From assembly GCA_036004445.1 (NCBI GenBank), contig DASYRL010000012.1, positions 23,853-87,852 on the forward strand: 64,000 nucleotides of DNA. The letters run 5' to 3'. The notes below the pieces were generated by a model that searched no databases, had not been told where the DNA came from, and saw nothing but the letters and a program-made list of their open reading frames with translations. Shown here piece by piece: positions 39,855-50,244 of the stretch. Position 1 is the stretch's first letter, and every line of letters starts with the position of its first letter. Both the position numbers and the translations under genes were made by a program. The stretch is from a bacterium. Lineage in GTDB: Bacteria > Sysuimicrobiota > Sysuimicrobiia > Sysuimicrobiales > Kaftiobacteriaceae.

Positions 39855-40638
39855 AGGTCAGCACCGCGTCCCCTGTCACGCGCCCGAATCCGGGAACGTC
39901 GCTGACCACGTCGGAGTCGAGCTGCTTCCAGATCCACACCCCGCTGGCCTGACCCCACGTGATCTTCGTCCCGACGCGCCCCCAGTCGTACAGGAGGGCC
40001 TGCTCGTACACGCGGCCGAGCTCATCGGTGATGAAGACCGCGGCGTACGCGCCCCCCGGGGCCTGCAGGAATTCCTTCATGGTCGGTGAGGTGTAGAGCC
40101 ACTTCGCCACCGCGCGGCGGTCGTCGGTGTTCTGCTTGTCGAACTTGCCGCGTCCGAAGCGCGCGATCGCCTGGCTCACGCGGTCGCGCCGCACGCCCAC
40201 GACCACGTATTTTTTGTCCGCGCGCTGCTCGAGGATGAAGAAGTCGTGATCGGTGTAGTCGCCGGGGTTCTCCGACTGCAGCTCTCCCTTTTCCTGGATC
40301 AACCGGCGGACCGTGCCGGCGAACGGGCGGAGCAGCACCGGGAGGTCAAGCTGTTTGATGTCAATTTTCCGGCGGATGGGCCCGCCCTTCTGTTCCCGGA
40401 ACTCGGCGAACGATCCACTCGCGGTGGCGGCGAGCCGCAAACCGCGTACGTTGAGGTTCAGCCGCGCGGCGAAATCGGCGGTCTCGTAGTACGGGTCGGT
40501 GGTCTCCGATCCGAAGATCCGCTCGAGCAGCTGGTCGACGGTCGGCCCCTGCGCGGCCACCGCGGCCGGCAGGATCACCGCCGCGGCGACCCCTGCAATG
40601 ATCCGGACAATGGCACTACGCATGTGTGCTCCTTCCAT
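39823..40638 (-). CDS. secreted hypothetical protein
   Basis: Signal peptide MRSAIVRIIAGVAAAVILPAAVAAQG; coding-like GC3; no recognisable family motif. Confidence 0.55.
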   Translation of the reverse strand: MEGAHMRSAIVRIIAGVAAAVILPAAVAAQGPTVDQLLERIFGSETTDPYYETADFAARLNLNVRGLRLAATASGSFAEFREQKGGPIRRKIDIKQLDLPVLLRPFAGTVRRLIQEKGELQSENPGDYTDHDFFILEQRADKKYVVVGVRRDRVSQAIARFGRGKFDKQNTDDRRAVAKWLYTSPTMKEFLQAPGGAYAAVFITDELGRVYEQALLYDWGRVGTKITWGQASGVWIWKQLDSDVVSDVPGFGRVTGDAVLTFSNHCWTCKR

Positions 40639-41152
40639 ATTCTTCCCAGGACACCATCGACGCCAGCGGACGCCGTCCCCGCCCGGTCAGCACCCTCAGC
40701 ACCGCGCGTTCCAACTGGCCGCGTCCTCGTGGATGAGGGTAGCCAAACGACACGGCGATGGCAATGCTCTTCGATGCCGGCGCGCCGAGCAGGGCGTGGG
40801 CCGGTTCGGTACGATGCAGCGTGGCGGGGCACGACCCGATACCCAGCGACCACGCCGCCAGCATCATATTTTGCGCGCAGCGGCCGGCGTCAAACGCGTC
40901 GCGGGCGGTGTCGATGAGGATCACGACCGCCGCCGCGGCGCCCGCCACGTGCTGCGCGAACCGCCCACACCGGGCCAGCGCGCGCAGGCGATGGCGGTCT
41001 TCTATCACTACGAAGTGCCACGGCTGGCGGTTCCGGCTGCTCCCACTGCGGCGGCCGGCTTCCAGGATCTTTGGCAGCACCCCGCGCTCCAATGGCCGGT
41101 CCGCAAACGTCCTGATTTCGCGCTTGCCGGTAATGCAGGCGTAGGCATCCAT
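40616..41152 (-). CDS. nitroreductase-family protein
   Basis: NRQPWHFVVI motif, about 180 aa. Confidence 0.8.
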   Translation of the reverse strand: MDAYACITGKREIRTFADRPLERGVLPKILEAGRRSGSSRNRQPWHFVVIEDRHRLRALARCGRFAQHVAGAAAAVVILIDTARDAFDAGRCAQNMMLAAWSLGIGSCPATLHRTEPAHALLGAPASKSIAIAVSFGYPHPRGRGQLERAVLRVLTGRGRRPLASMVSWEEYGRSTHA

Positions 41153-41205
41153 GACGACCCGATTCGACGGCCGCCGCACGGCCCCCGTTACGATAAGATA
41201 CCCTT

Positions 41206-42393
41206 GTGGCGATGGTTGCAGCGGTCGCTGAGGAGTTGTCGCTCCACCGCGTCGTCCCCCGCTGCCGGCACTTCGGCACCTGCGGGGGATGCCGGTGGCA
41301 GGATGTCGACTACGCCTCGCAGGCGGCAGCGAAACAAGCGCACGTGGCCGCGCAGCTCTCCGGCGTCGCGGGGGAGGGGAGTCTGCGCCCGATCATCGCC
41401 GCGCCCAGCCCCTGGTATTACCGGAACAAGATGGAGTTCACCTTCGGGCCTCCGGCGGCGCTCGGGCTCCACGAGCGGGCTCCGCAGCGGCGGATCGTGA
41501 ACGTGGAGGAATGTTTTCTGCAGTCGACGGCCTCGGCGGCCATCGTGCGCGACGTCCGGGACTACGTCGCCGCGCACGGGTTGTCGTGTTTCGACCCACG
41601 AACCCGCCAGGGGCTGCTGCGGACGTTGGTGATCAGGGAAGCCCGCGGCAGCGGGGAGACGATGGTCGGCGTCGTGACCACACCCGGTCCGTGGCCTGAC
41701 GCGGACGCGTTCGCCCTGCGGCTGGCCCGCGCCTACCCACAGGTGGCGTCGATCGTCCGGGGGATCGCCCCCGCGGAGACGATGGAGATCACGGCGATCG
41801 AGGTACTGTCCGGACGCGCGCACATCGTCGAGCGGGTCGCGGGCCTGCGGTTTGCGATTGGGTTGGACACCTTCTTCCAGGCCAATACCGCGCAAACAGA
41901 AGGGATGATTGCCCTCGTTGACGAATTCGCCGCGCTCAATGGGTCTTCTCGCGTCGTGGACCTGTATTGCGGGGTGGGGACGTTCGCGCTGGCGCTGGCG
42001 CGTTCTGCGGGGGAGGTCATCGGGATCGACTCGTCGCGCCGTTCCATTGAGGCCGCGCGCGCCAACGCCGCGGTCAACGACATTGCCAACGCCAAGTTCT
42101 ACGCGGCCGACGCCCGCGCGCTGGGCGTGATGGCCGGCGATCCGGGTCCGGACGTGCTGGTGCTCGATCCGCCGCGGGCGGGGGCCGGGGGACGGGTCCT
42201 GAGCCGGATCGCGGGGCTGGCGCCGGCGCGGATCATCTACGTGTCGTGCAACCCCGCGACCCTGGGGTCCGACCTGCGCGTGCTCACCGCGGCGGGATAC
42301 GCCGTGACGGCCGTCCAGGCGGTGGATCAGTTCCCGCAGACGCCGCACGTGGAGTGCCTCGTGCAGCTGCATCGAGAGACCGGACATGCGTGA
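41206..42393 (+). CDS. 23S rRNA (uracil-5)-methyltransferase RlmD/RumA-family
   Basis: Fe-S Cys cluster CRHFGTCGGC, SAM motif DLYCGVGTF, VLDPPRAG, catalytic SCNPAT. Confidence 0.85.
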   Translation: MAMVAAVAEELSLHRVVPRCRHFGTCGGCRWQDVDYASQAAAKQAHVAAQLSGVAGEGSLRPIIAAPSPWYYRNKMEFTFGPPAALGLHERAPQRRIVNVEECFLQSTASAAIVRDVRDYVAAHGLSCFDPRTRQGLLRTLVIREARGSGETMVGVVTTPGPWPDADAFALRLARAYPQVASIVRGIAPAETMEITAIEVLSGRAHIVERVAGLRFAIGLDTFFQANTAQTEGMIALVDEFAALNGSSRVVDLYCGVGTFALALARSAGEVIGIDSSRRSIEAARANAAVNDIANAKFYAADARALGVMAGDPGPDVLVLDPPRAGAGGRVLSRIAGLAPARIIYVSCNPATLGSDLRVLTAAGYAVTAVQAVDQFPQTPHVECLVQLHRETGHA

Positions 42394-43138
42394 ACACGAA
42401 GGCGTCAGCCGCGACGTGACCATTGAGACCGCTGAATCCGCGCAGCGCGCGCAGCCACAGCGGCGGCAGGGGCTGCGCGCCGGCAGCGTTTGGTACCGGC
42501 TGGTCCAGTACTCGATCCGGTTTCTCCTGCAGGTCGGGTGGGGGCTGCGCCTGTCCGGCGCCGAGTACCTCCCGGCCTCCGGACCGTTCCTGATTTGCCC
42601 CAATCATCCCAGCGAGCTCGACCCGGTCGCGCTGGGGGCAGCCCTGCCGTTCCGCCCGTCCTTCCTCGCCGGCCACGAGCTCGAGGAGTATCCGGTCATC
42701 TTCTGGCTGCTCAACCGTTTCGATCCGGTGCTCGTGCGCCGCGGGACGACTGACGTGGGCGCGCTGCGGGCTTGCCTGCGGCGGCTCCGCGCCGGTGACG
42801 TGATGGTCGTCTATCCTGAAGGAGGGGTCGTGCAGGACCGCCCGCTCGGGGACCTGCAGTCGGGGGCGGCATTTCTGGCGTTGCGGACGGGCGTCCCCAT
42901 CGTGCCCGCCGCCATTACCGGGATCGCTGAAGTCTGGCCCCTGGGTGCGCGGTTCCCGCGGGGGGGTGCAATCACCATCGCGTTGGGGCCGGCGCTCCAT
43001 CCAAAGCACGGGGAGCGGCCCGAAGAATTGACGCAGCGACTGGAGGCGGCGATCCGAACGCTGATGACCCCGCCCGCGTCAGCCGACGATGAGGCAGGTG
43101 ACCGTATCCCCGACGCCGCGGACACGCTGCATCTTTGA
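42386..43138 (+). CDS. plsC: 1-acyl-sn-glycerol-3-phosphate acyltransferase
   Basis: HxxxxD motif CPNHPSELD and VYPEGG block. Confidence 0.8.
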   Translation: MREHEGVSRDVTIETAESAQRAQPQRRQGLRAGSVWYRLVQYSIRFLLQVGWGLRLSGAEYLPASGPFLICPNHPSELDPVALGAALPFRPSFLAGHELEEYPVIFWLLNRFDPVLVRRGTTDVGALRACLRRLRAGDVMVVYPEGGVVQDRPLGDLQSGAAFLALRTGVPIVPAAITGIAEVWPLGARFPRGGAITIALGPALHPKHGERPEELTQRLEAAIRTLMTPPASADDEAGDRIPDAADTLHL

Positions 43139-43309
43139 CACCACGAACCGTCCGAGGTCGCCGACATCCTTGGCCTCGGCGATCGCGACCGCGTCATACG
43201 GCCCGGTGACCGCGTAGGCGTCTGAGACGCCCTTGATCTTGCGCAGGGCCGCCGCGACGTTCGTCGCCTGGCCCATCTGAGCCTTGACCAGAATCACCGC
43301 ACGCACCAT
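43079..43309 (-). CDS. stand-alone Lrp/AsnC C-terminal (RAM) domain protein, 77 aa
   Basis: MVRAVILVKAQ...IKGVSDAYAVTGPYDAVAIAEA fold pattern; 3' end overlaps plsC by 60 nt (convergent). Confidence 0.55.
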   Translation of the reverse strand: MVRAVILVKAQMGQATNVAAALRKIKGVSDAYAVTGPYDAVAIAEAKDVGDLGRFVVSKMQRVRGVGDTVTCLIVG

Positions 43310-43470
43310 AGCAGACCACCTCCGCCAAAACGCACGTTGAGAACTGATTCGCGTCCTCTCATCCTCTCCCTTTCCCGGCGTTCTGAGTGGCTCAGCAGCA
43401 GACGTTGTCTGAAGATGCGACTGCCGGGGCATAACGCAAGCAGGCGTCGACCGACGAAGGTGGGACCCGT

Positions 43471-44691
43471 ATGTTCCTAGAGTACTTCGACCTGAAGCGA
43501 CCGGGCTGGGATGCCGACGCGCTGGCGGCGCTCCTCACCCGCCTGCAGGAGAGCGGATACCAGAGCTTGACGCTCGACGCGCACGCCGTCGTGGCGCGCT
43601 ACGGGCAGATGCCGGGCGAGTTCGCGCTGCCGCCGGCGATCGCCGCCGCCGGGACGTTCGCCGACGTCCTGATCCCGCCCGCTCAGCGCCAGGCTCGGCT
43701 CGTCCTGGCGCGTCAGGGCGCCGACACGCTGCGGGCCGTGGTGCTGGGACGCAGCCAGCACGAGGTACGGATGTCCGCCACCGCGGCCAAGATGCACCTG
43801 GAAGCCGTACTGGGCGGCCGCATTGGCGACATGATGGTAGATGAGAATGGCCGTGCCGGACTGGTCCGCTTCCGCGCCGAAGCGCTGCCCGCCTTGCATC
43901 TGGCGGGAAACGGACGGAGCGGGGTGGAGGTGCGCAACCCCGCCGCCGCGCAGTTGCTGATCAGCCTGCGCCGGCAACCGCAGGTCCACCAGAAGGCGAC
44001 CGTGCTGGCGTCCCAGGTCGCGGCGTTGGCGCCCGACCGACCGGCGGACCAGACGCGTGAGCAGCTAGAGCAGCTCGTGGGTGACGGCATCCTCGACCGG
44101 TGGCACGTGGTGGTCTGCCGCGAATCCGGTCAGTGGCTGGCCTTCTCGCCGACCGCCGAGGAGGCGCGGAGCTTTCTGGCGTTGCACCTGAACTGTCCCC
44201 ACTGCGGCCGCAGCGTCGGCGAGGAGCAGGTGGATACCGCCTATCGACTGGGTACCGAGGTCGAAGCTTATCTGTCCGACAACCGTTGGATCTGCGACCT
44301 CGTTGAAACGTCGCTGCGCAAGATGGGCGTGGAGTCCGTGGCCTTTCATCCCGGAGCCGGGGCGGCCGACGGCGCGGCCTGGTATTACGGCTCCGTGCTG
44401 CTCTTCCGCGCCACCGACGCCGCACCCACCGCAGCGGACGTCGACGCGCTCGACGCGGCGGCGGCCGCCCTGGAGGCGCAGGGCTGGCACGTCGACGCGC
44501 TCGGCGTATCGAACACGCCGGCGCCGCCGGAGACGCGGGGCCGCGTCACGGTCATCGGCGGCCTCTCCACGCTGGATACCGTGTTTGAAGACATCCTCGC
44601 CGACTCACGCCGCCGCCTGCTCGCCTCGCTGCTGCCCGCGCAGCTGCAGCCGGTCGTCGTCCCACTGGCTGCACTGCTTCCTGCTTCGTGA
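43471..44691 (+). CDS. hypothetical protein (406 aa) with internal CPHCG zinc-ribbon-like motif
   Basis: GAAGGTGGGA RBS, coding-like GC3, no recognisable domain. Confidence 0.6.
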   Translation: MFLEYFDLKRPGWDADALAALLTRLQESGYQSLTLDAHAVVARYGQMPGEFALPPAIAAAGTFADVLIPPAQRQARLVLARQGADTLRAVVLGRSQHEVRMSATAAKMHLEAVLGGRIGDMMVDENGRAGLVRFRAEALPALHLAGNGRSGVEVRNPAAAQLLISLRRQPQVHQKATVLASQVAALAPDRPADQTREQLEQLVGDGILDRWHVVVCRESGQWLAFSPTAEEARSFLALHLNCPHCGRSVGEEQVDTAYRLGTEVEAYLSDNRWICDLVETSLRKMGVESVAFHPGAGAADGAAWYYGSVLLFRATDAAPTAADVDALDAAAAALEAQGWHVDALGVSNTPAPPETRGRVTVIGGLSTLDTVFEDILADSRRRLLASLLPAQLQPVVVPLAALLPAS

Positions 44692-44736
44692 ATCGCGACC
44701 GGAGGATATCCCCCCGCCGACTCGTAGTCCTCCAGT

Positions 44737-45720
44737 GTGGCGCGACCCCGAGTGTATGTCACACGCAAGATCCCTGAGCAGGGCATGGCCATCGTGGCGG
44801 CCGCCGCGGACGTTTCAGCGTGGGAGCGCGAAGACGTCCCCCCGCCGCGGGACGTGCTTCTGCGCGAGGCCGCGGGCGTCGACGGGCTGCTGAGCCTGCT
44901 CACCGATCCGATCGACGCGGCGCTGATGGACGCCGCGCCGCGCCTGAAAGTGGTCAGCAACTTCGCCGTCGGCTACGACAACATCGATGTCGCCGCCGCG
45001 ACCGCCCGCGGGATCGTCGTCACCAACACGCCGGAGGTCCTTACCGAGACCGTCGCCGACTTCACGTTCTGCCTGATCCTCGCCGCGGCCAGGCGGCTGG
45101 TCGAAGCCGATGCCTACACCCGGGCGGGGCGGTGGAAGACGTGGGAACCCCTGCTGCTGGCCGGCCAGGATGTCTACGGCGCCACGCTGGGTCTCATCGG
45201 CCTCGGACGCATCGGTTCCGCGGTTGGGCGCCGCGCGAAGGGCTTCGGCATGCGGGTGCTGTACTACGACGTGTTCCGGCGTGAAGACCTCGAGGCCGAG
45301 GAGGGCATCGAGTTCCGTGCGATGGACGATGTGCTGACCGACGCCGACGTCATCAGCGTCCACGTGCCCCTGTCCGCGCAGACCCGCCACTTGATCAGCA
45401 CGCCGCAGTTCGCCCGGATGAAACCCACCGCCGTGTTCGTGAACACCTCGCGGGGGCCGGTGGTCGATCATGCTGCGCTGACCGAGGCATTGCGCACGCG
45501 CACGATCTACGCGGCGGGCATCGACGTCTTCGAACGCGAGCCGATCGATCCGGCCGACCCGCTGCTCAAACTCGACCAGGTCACGGTGGCTCCCCACATC
45601 GCCAGCGCCAGCATCCCGACCCGCGTGAAGATGGCGACGCTGGCCGCGGACAACCTCGTGGCGGTCCTGCAAGGCCGCCGGCCTCCCAACCCGGTGAACC
45701 CGGACGTCCTCGCCCGATAG
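44737..45720 (+). CDS. D-2-hydroxyacid dehydrogenase (glyoxylate/hydroxypyruvate reductase-like)
   Basis: GLIGLGRIGSAVGRRA NAD motif, catalytic region VAPHIASAS. Confidence 0.88.
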   Translation: MARPRVYVTRKIPEQGMAIVAAAADVSAWEREDVPPPRDVLLREAAGVDGLLSLLTDPIDAALMDAAPRLKVVSNFAVGYDNIDVAAATARGIVVTNTPEVLTETVADFTFCLILAAARRLVEADAYTRAGRWKTWEPLLLAGQDVYGATLGLIGLGRIGSAVGRRAKGFGMRVLYYDVFRREDLEAEEGIEFRAMDDVLTDADVISVHVPLSAQTRHLISTPQFARMKPTAVFVNTSRGPVVDHAALTEALRTRTIYAAGIDVFEREPIDPADPLLKLDQVTVAPHIASASIPTRVKMATLAADNLVAVLQGRRPPNPVNPDVLAR

Positions 45721-45762
45721 GGCCCTGACATCCTCACCGTCCTGCGCCGATCTGCCCGCGAC

Positions 45763-46428
45763 GTGTACGACGCGCTGGGAGGCGTCATCGCGCTGAGCAT
45801 CCTGTGGTCGGTGACGCCGGCGCTGGCCCTGATCGGTCTGACCCTCGACACGCGTCTCGGGCAGGCGGCCTTCCTCGCCGGCTGGGTGCTCCTGGGACCG
45901 GTTACCACCGCGGCGTGGTCTGTGGCGGCGTCGATCGCGCGGCGGGAGTCCGTCGGCGTGCGGTCGCTCCCCGCCGCACTGCGGACGCAGTGGCTGGCGG
46001 GCCTGCTGTTCTTCCTCGTCGACGGAGGGATCGGCTGGCTGCTGCTGGCCAACGTGCGATTTTACCTGAACAGCACGCTGGGCATCCTCGGCCGGGTGCT
46101 GCCCGCCCTCGGCGAGGGCATCCGCGTGGGACACCTGGTGGGGTTCGTGTGGCTCGCGCCGCTGGTCCTGTGGGTCCTGGCGCAGCTGTACGCGCTGCCG
46201 CTCCTGGTCGCCGACCAGTCGAGCGCGGGTGTGGCGCTGCGGCGGGCCGCGCTCCTGGTCGTCGACAACATCTGGTTCACACTCGCACTCGCGCTGGTCG
46301 TGACGGCAATCTCAGCGATCCTGCTGCTGACGGGCGTCGGCGCCTTTGCCCTCCTACCGGGTGTGCTCGCGGTGCTGACGACGAATGCGACGAAGGCGCT
46401 GCTGGCGAAGTACGAACCGACGGCATGA
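45763..46428 (+). CDS. hypothetical polytopic membrane protein
   Basis: About 6 TM helices; no motif recognised. Confidence 0.5.
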   Translation: MYDALGGVIALSILWSVTPALALIGLTLDTRLGQAAFLAGWVLLGPVTTAAWSVAASIARRESVGVRSLPAALRTQWLAGLLFFLVDGGIGWLLLANVRFYLNSTLGILGRVLPALGEGIRVGHLVGFVWLAPLVLWVLAQLYALPLLVADQSSAGVALRRAALLVVDNIWFTLALALVVTAISAILLLTGVGAFALLPGVLAVLTTNATKALLAKYEPTA

Positions 46429-46461
46429 CGACGCGATTGCTTGATGACGCGATTGCGCGAG

Positions 46462-47349
46462 TTAGAGTCTGAGTCGCGGATCGAGTGCATCGCGGAGTCC
46501 ATCGCCGAGCAGGTTGAACCCGACGACGGTCAGCAGGATCGCGATGCCGGGGAACGTCGCCGCCCAGGGGGCGTCACGCAGGAACTCCCGCGTGTTCGCC
46601 AGCATCGCTCCCCACTCCGGCGTCGGCGCCTGGGCCCCCAGCCCGAGAAACGAGAGCCCGGCGGCTTCCAGGATCGCGGCGCCGATACCCAGGGTGGCCT
46701 GGACGATAATCGGCGCCAGGGCGTTGGGCAGGATGTGGCGGATGATCAGCCGGCTCGCTCTGGCGCCCAGCGCGCGGGCCGCCTCGACGAAGTCCTCCGA
46801 GCGGATCCGCAGCACCGACCCGCGCACGATGCGCGCAAAGATCGGTACGTTGATGACCCCAATCGCGAGCATGGCGTTGTTCAGCCCCGGCCCGCGGATG
46901 CCGACGATGAAGATCGCCAGCAACGTCGCGGGGAACGCCAGCATGATGTCCATCGTGCGCATGGTCAGGCTGTCGGCCCAGCCGCTGTAGAATCCCGCAA
47001 CCAGACCGAGCGCGGCCCCGACGGTCAGGGCGAGACCGACCGAGACGATGCCCACCGTCAGCGAGGTCCGGCCGCCGAAGATGATTCTCGACAGCAGGTC
47101 TCGGCCCAGGTCGTCCGTACCCAGCCAGTGCGCGCGTGACGGCGGCAGCAGTTGCGCGTCGAGGTCTTGCGCGATTGGATCGTACGGCGCCACTAGCGGC
47201 GCGAGAACGGCGAGCGCGGCGAAGAACACGATGGTCACCAGCCCCGCGATCGCGGTCCGGTTCCGGCGCAGGCGCCGCCACGCATCCGTGTAGAACCCCG
47301 TGGCGGGTGCCAGGCGCACTCCCGGCAGCCGCGCGACCTGCTCATCCAT
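46462..47349 (-). CDS. peptide/nickel ABC transporter permease (DppC/OppC-type)
   Basis: EAA-loop ARALGARASRLIIRHILPN and binding-protein-dependent transport signature. Confidence 0.9.
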   Translation of the reverse strand: MDEQVARLPGVRLAPATGFYTDAWRRLRRNRTAIAGLVTIVFFAALAVLAPLVAPYDPIAQDLDAQLLPPSRAHWLGTDDLGRDLLSRIIFGGRTSLTVGIVSVGLALTVGAALGLVAGFYSGWADSLTMRTMDIMLAFPATLLAIFIVGIRGPGLNNAMLAIGVINVPIFARIVRGSVLRIRSEDFVEAARALGARASRLIIRHILPNALAPIIVQATLGIGAAILEAAGLSFLGLGAQAPTPEWGAMLANTREFLRDAPWAATFPGIAILLTVVGFNLLGDGLRDALDPRLRL

Positions 47350-48346
47350 ACCGGATCCGCGGGTCGAGCACAGCGTAGGAGACGTCGACGAGCAGATTCA
47401 CCAACACGAACACCAGCGCGATGACCAGTACGACGCCCTGGACGAGCGGATAGTCTCGCGCAAAGATTGCGTCGACCACGAGCCGGCCGACGCCCGGCCA
47501 GGCGAAGATGGTTTCTGTCAGGATCGCCCCGCCCAGCAGAGCTCCCACGTTGAGGCCGATGACCGTGATCACGGGGATGAAGGCGTTTTTCAGCGCGTGC
47601 CGCGAGACGACCCGGCGTTCGGTCAGGCCTTTGGCCCGCGCGGTGCGGACGTAATCCTGCCGCAGGACTTCCAACAGGCTGCTGCGGGTCATGCGCGCGA
47701 TGATCGCCAGCGGCACGGTGGCCAACGTCACGGCCGGCAGCACGAGATGCCGCAGCGCGTTCTCCAGCGCCGGCCAGTTCCGCGTGAGGATGGCGTCGAC
47801 GATGTAGAGGTTCGTGACCCGTGTGATCTCGACGGTATAGTCGAGCCGGCCGGAGATCGGAAACCACCCGAGGTACCAGGCGAACAGCAGAATGAGCATG
47901 ATCCCTAGCCAGAAGATCGGCATCGAGAAGCCGAACAGGGCCACCACCATGCTGGCGCCGTCGAACCAGGAATTCTGCCGCGCCGCCGCGATGACGCCGG
48001 TGAGGACGCCCACCGCGGACGCGATCAGCATCGCCGCAACGGTCAGCTCGATCGTGGCCGGAAAGCGGTTGCGGAGTTCCTCCGTGACCTCTTCATTGTT
48101 CTGGATCGACCGCCCGAGGTCACCGCGAAGGGCGCGCCCCAGATACTTCCCGAACTGAATCGGCAGGGGATCGTTCAGCTGCAGCTCGGCGCGCAGATGG
48201 TCGATGGCTTCGGGGGTCGCATGCTCGCCCAACGCGATGAGGACCGGATCCCCTGGGGTCAAGTGGGAAATGGCGAACACGACGAGCAGGACGCCGAATG
48301 CGACCGGGACCAGCTCGACCAGCCGCCGCGCAAGGTAGCGTCCCAT
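47342..48346 (-). CDS. peptide/nickel ABC transporter permease (DppB/OppB-type)
   Basis: N-terminal MGRYLARRLVELVPV..., EAA loop ARAKGLTERRVVSRHALKN. Confidence 0.9.
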   Translation of the reverse strand: MGRYLARRLVELVPVAFGVLLVVFAISHLTPGDPVLIALGEHATPEAIDHLRAELQLNDPLPIQFGKYLGRALRGDLGRSIQNNEEVTEELRNRFPATIELTVAAMLIASAVGVLTGVIAAARQNSWFDGASMVVALFGFSMPIFWLGIMLILLFAWYLGWFPISGRLDYTVEITRVTNLYIVDAILTRNWPALENALRHLVLPAVTLATVPLAIIARMTRSSLLEVLRQDYVRTARAKGLTERRVVSRHALKNAFIPVITVIGLNVGALLGGAILTETIFAWPGVGRLVVDAIFARDYPLVQGVVLVIALVFVLVNLLVDVSYAVLDPRIRYG

Positions 48347-48429
48347 TTGCTCCTAATCCTACCGCACGATGCGCGAGAAAAAAGGGCCGGAGGCGATTGC
48401 CTCCGGCCCTTCGGAGCGAGCGAGACCTA

Positions 48430-50055
48430 CTACGGATTGAGCCAGACCCGGTACAGCCAGAAGATCTGCAATGGATGCAGCGAGAAGTTCTGCACCTGCT
48501 TGCGGTAGGCCGCCACGCGAGCACCGTAGACGAGCGGTACCCACGGGGCATCGTTGTGGATGACTACTTGCGCCTGCTCATAGTACTTGGCGCGCTGGGC
48601 CTGGTCGGTGACCTGCTGCGCCTTGATCAGCAAGTCGTGGACGGCATTGCTCTTGTAGAAGGCGATGTTGGACGCCTTCCCGACCGTCGTGTTGTCCTTG
48701 TCCAGCAGGACGTAGAGGAAGTTGTCCGGGTCGCCGTTGTCGCCGATCCAGCCCAGGATCGCCATGGGGTGTTCGCCGTTGCGAGTCTTACTGAGGTAGG
48801 TGCCCCACTCGAAGGTGACGAGCTTCGCGCGGATGCCGGCCTGGGCGAGCTGCGACTGCAGCGCCTCCGCGATCTTCTGCGGCTGGGTGAGGTACGGCCG
48901 CGCGCGGTTGGGCCAGTACAGCTCAGTCGAGAAGCCGTTGGGGTAGCCGGCTTCCGCCAGCAGTTGCTTGGCCTTCGCGACGCTGTACTCATACGGCTGA
49001 ACCGAATGGTTGTATCCCCAGATCGTGGGAGGCATCGGGTTCACGGCCGGAGCGGCGATCCCGCCATAGAATGCGCGCACGAGTGCGGGTTTGTTCACGG
49101 CGTAGTTGAGCGCGCGGCGGATCCGCACGTCGTTGAAGGGTTCCTTGCCCACGTTCATGGCGACGTAGCCCACGTTGAGCCCGGGGCCGGTGAACAGGGT
49201 CAGCGCGCTGTTCCCGCGGATCCTCGCGTAGTCCGGCGGGTTAACCTGATCCATGATCTGGATGGACCCTTTTTCCATCTCCAGGAGGCGTACCGTGTTG
49301 TCGGGGATCCCGCGGATGATCAACCGGTCGACGCAGGGACGCCCGCCCCAGTACTCTTTGTTGGCCTCGTAGGTGGCGTGGTCTTTCTGCACCCACTCCA
49401 CGAACTTGAACGGCCCCGTGCCGGTGGGATGCTTGAAGTAGTCTTTCCCGTACTTCCTGATCGCTGTTGGGCTGCTCACCGCGTTGCTGAACATCGCCAG
49501 CATGGCGATGAACGACGCGTTGGCCGACTTCAGGGTGAAGCGTATGCTGTCCGTCCCCACGGCCTGGATGCTCTTCACGCTTTCCAGCGTGAACTCTGCG
49601 TAGGCGAACGTCCCTTGGTGATACGGATTCTTCTTATCGAACTGGCGCAGGAAACTGAACTCGACGGCTTTGGCGTCGAGGGGGGTTCCATCGTGGAAGC
49701 GCACGCCACGGCGGAGCTTGAACGTCCAGACCAAGCCGTCGGGAGATACGGTCCACGACTCCGCCAGCGACGGTTCGACCTGGGTACCCTGAGCGGAGAA
49801 ACGGACGAGCGTGTCGAACACGTTCGACGTGTTGTTCACCGAAAACCCGTCTTCCACATCCGCGGGGTCCAAACCGACCGCGTCCTGCGCCTGACCGAAG
49901 ACCAGCGTTCCACCGATGCGGCCGCAGGCCCGGGCGTCCCAGGAAGACCGCATCGGAGCGCCGGCGATGGTGCCCGACGCCAGCAGCATGACGGCGAGCG
50001 CCAGCACGACCGGCAGCGCCAGCCGCCGAGACAGAGGATTGTGCAATTCGATCAC
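48430..50055 (-). CDS. ABC transporter substrate-binding protein, family 5 (peptide/nickel)
   Basis: Signal peptide then SBP_bac_5-like length (541 aa) and blocks. Confidence 0.9.
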   Translation of the reverse strand: MIELHNPLSRRLALPVVLALAVMLLASGTIAGAPMRSSWDARACGRIGGTLVFGQAQDAVGLDPADVEDGFSVNNTSNVFDTLVRFSAQGTQVEPSLAESWTVSPDGLVWTFKLRRGVRFHDGTPLDAKAVEFSFLRQFDKKNPYHQGTFAYAEFTLESVKSIQAVGTDSIRFTLKSANASFIAMLAMFSNAVSSPTAIRKYGKDYFKHPTGTGPFKFVEWVQKDHATYEANKEYWGGRPCVDRLIIRGIPDNTVRLLEMEKGSIQIMDQVNPPDYARIRGNSALTLFTGPGLNVGYVAMNVGKEPFNDVRIRRALNYAVNKPALVRAFYGGIAAPAVNPMPPTIWGYNHSVQPYEYSVAKAKQLLAEAGYPNGFSTELYWPNRARPYLTQPQKIAEALQSQLAQAGIRAKLVTFEWGTYLSKTRNGEHPMAILGWIGDNGDPDNFLYVLLDKDNTTVGKASNIAFYKSNAVHDLLIKAQQVTDQAQRAKYYEQAQVVIHNDAPWVPLVYGARVAAYRKQVQNFSLHPLQIFWLYRVWLNP

Positions 50056-50244
50056 TCCCTTCAGGATGAAGAAACCAGACGACTCAAGACCATTCGTGCC
50101 GGTGCCTCACCCCCTCTCCCGTGGTGCCGAGAGTATTCTCGCCCCCGCCACGCCATCCTCCACGCAGAGGAGACGCTAGGGGGTCGGAGAACTACCGTGG
50201 CATCCCAGCACCGTGTGGTCGTCAGCGTGAAGAGGAGGTAGGGA

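Noticed and set aside
42386-43309. 60-nt convergent overlap between plsC and the RAM-domain gene as evidence that one is spurious
   Set aside because: Both ORFs have family-specific motifs (HxxxxD; RAM-domain pattern). Overlap is tolerated, but the RAM gene is kept at moderate confidence.
48298-50241. 647-aa plus-strand ORF
   Set aside because: Antisense to the family-5 substrate-binding protein gene.
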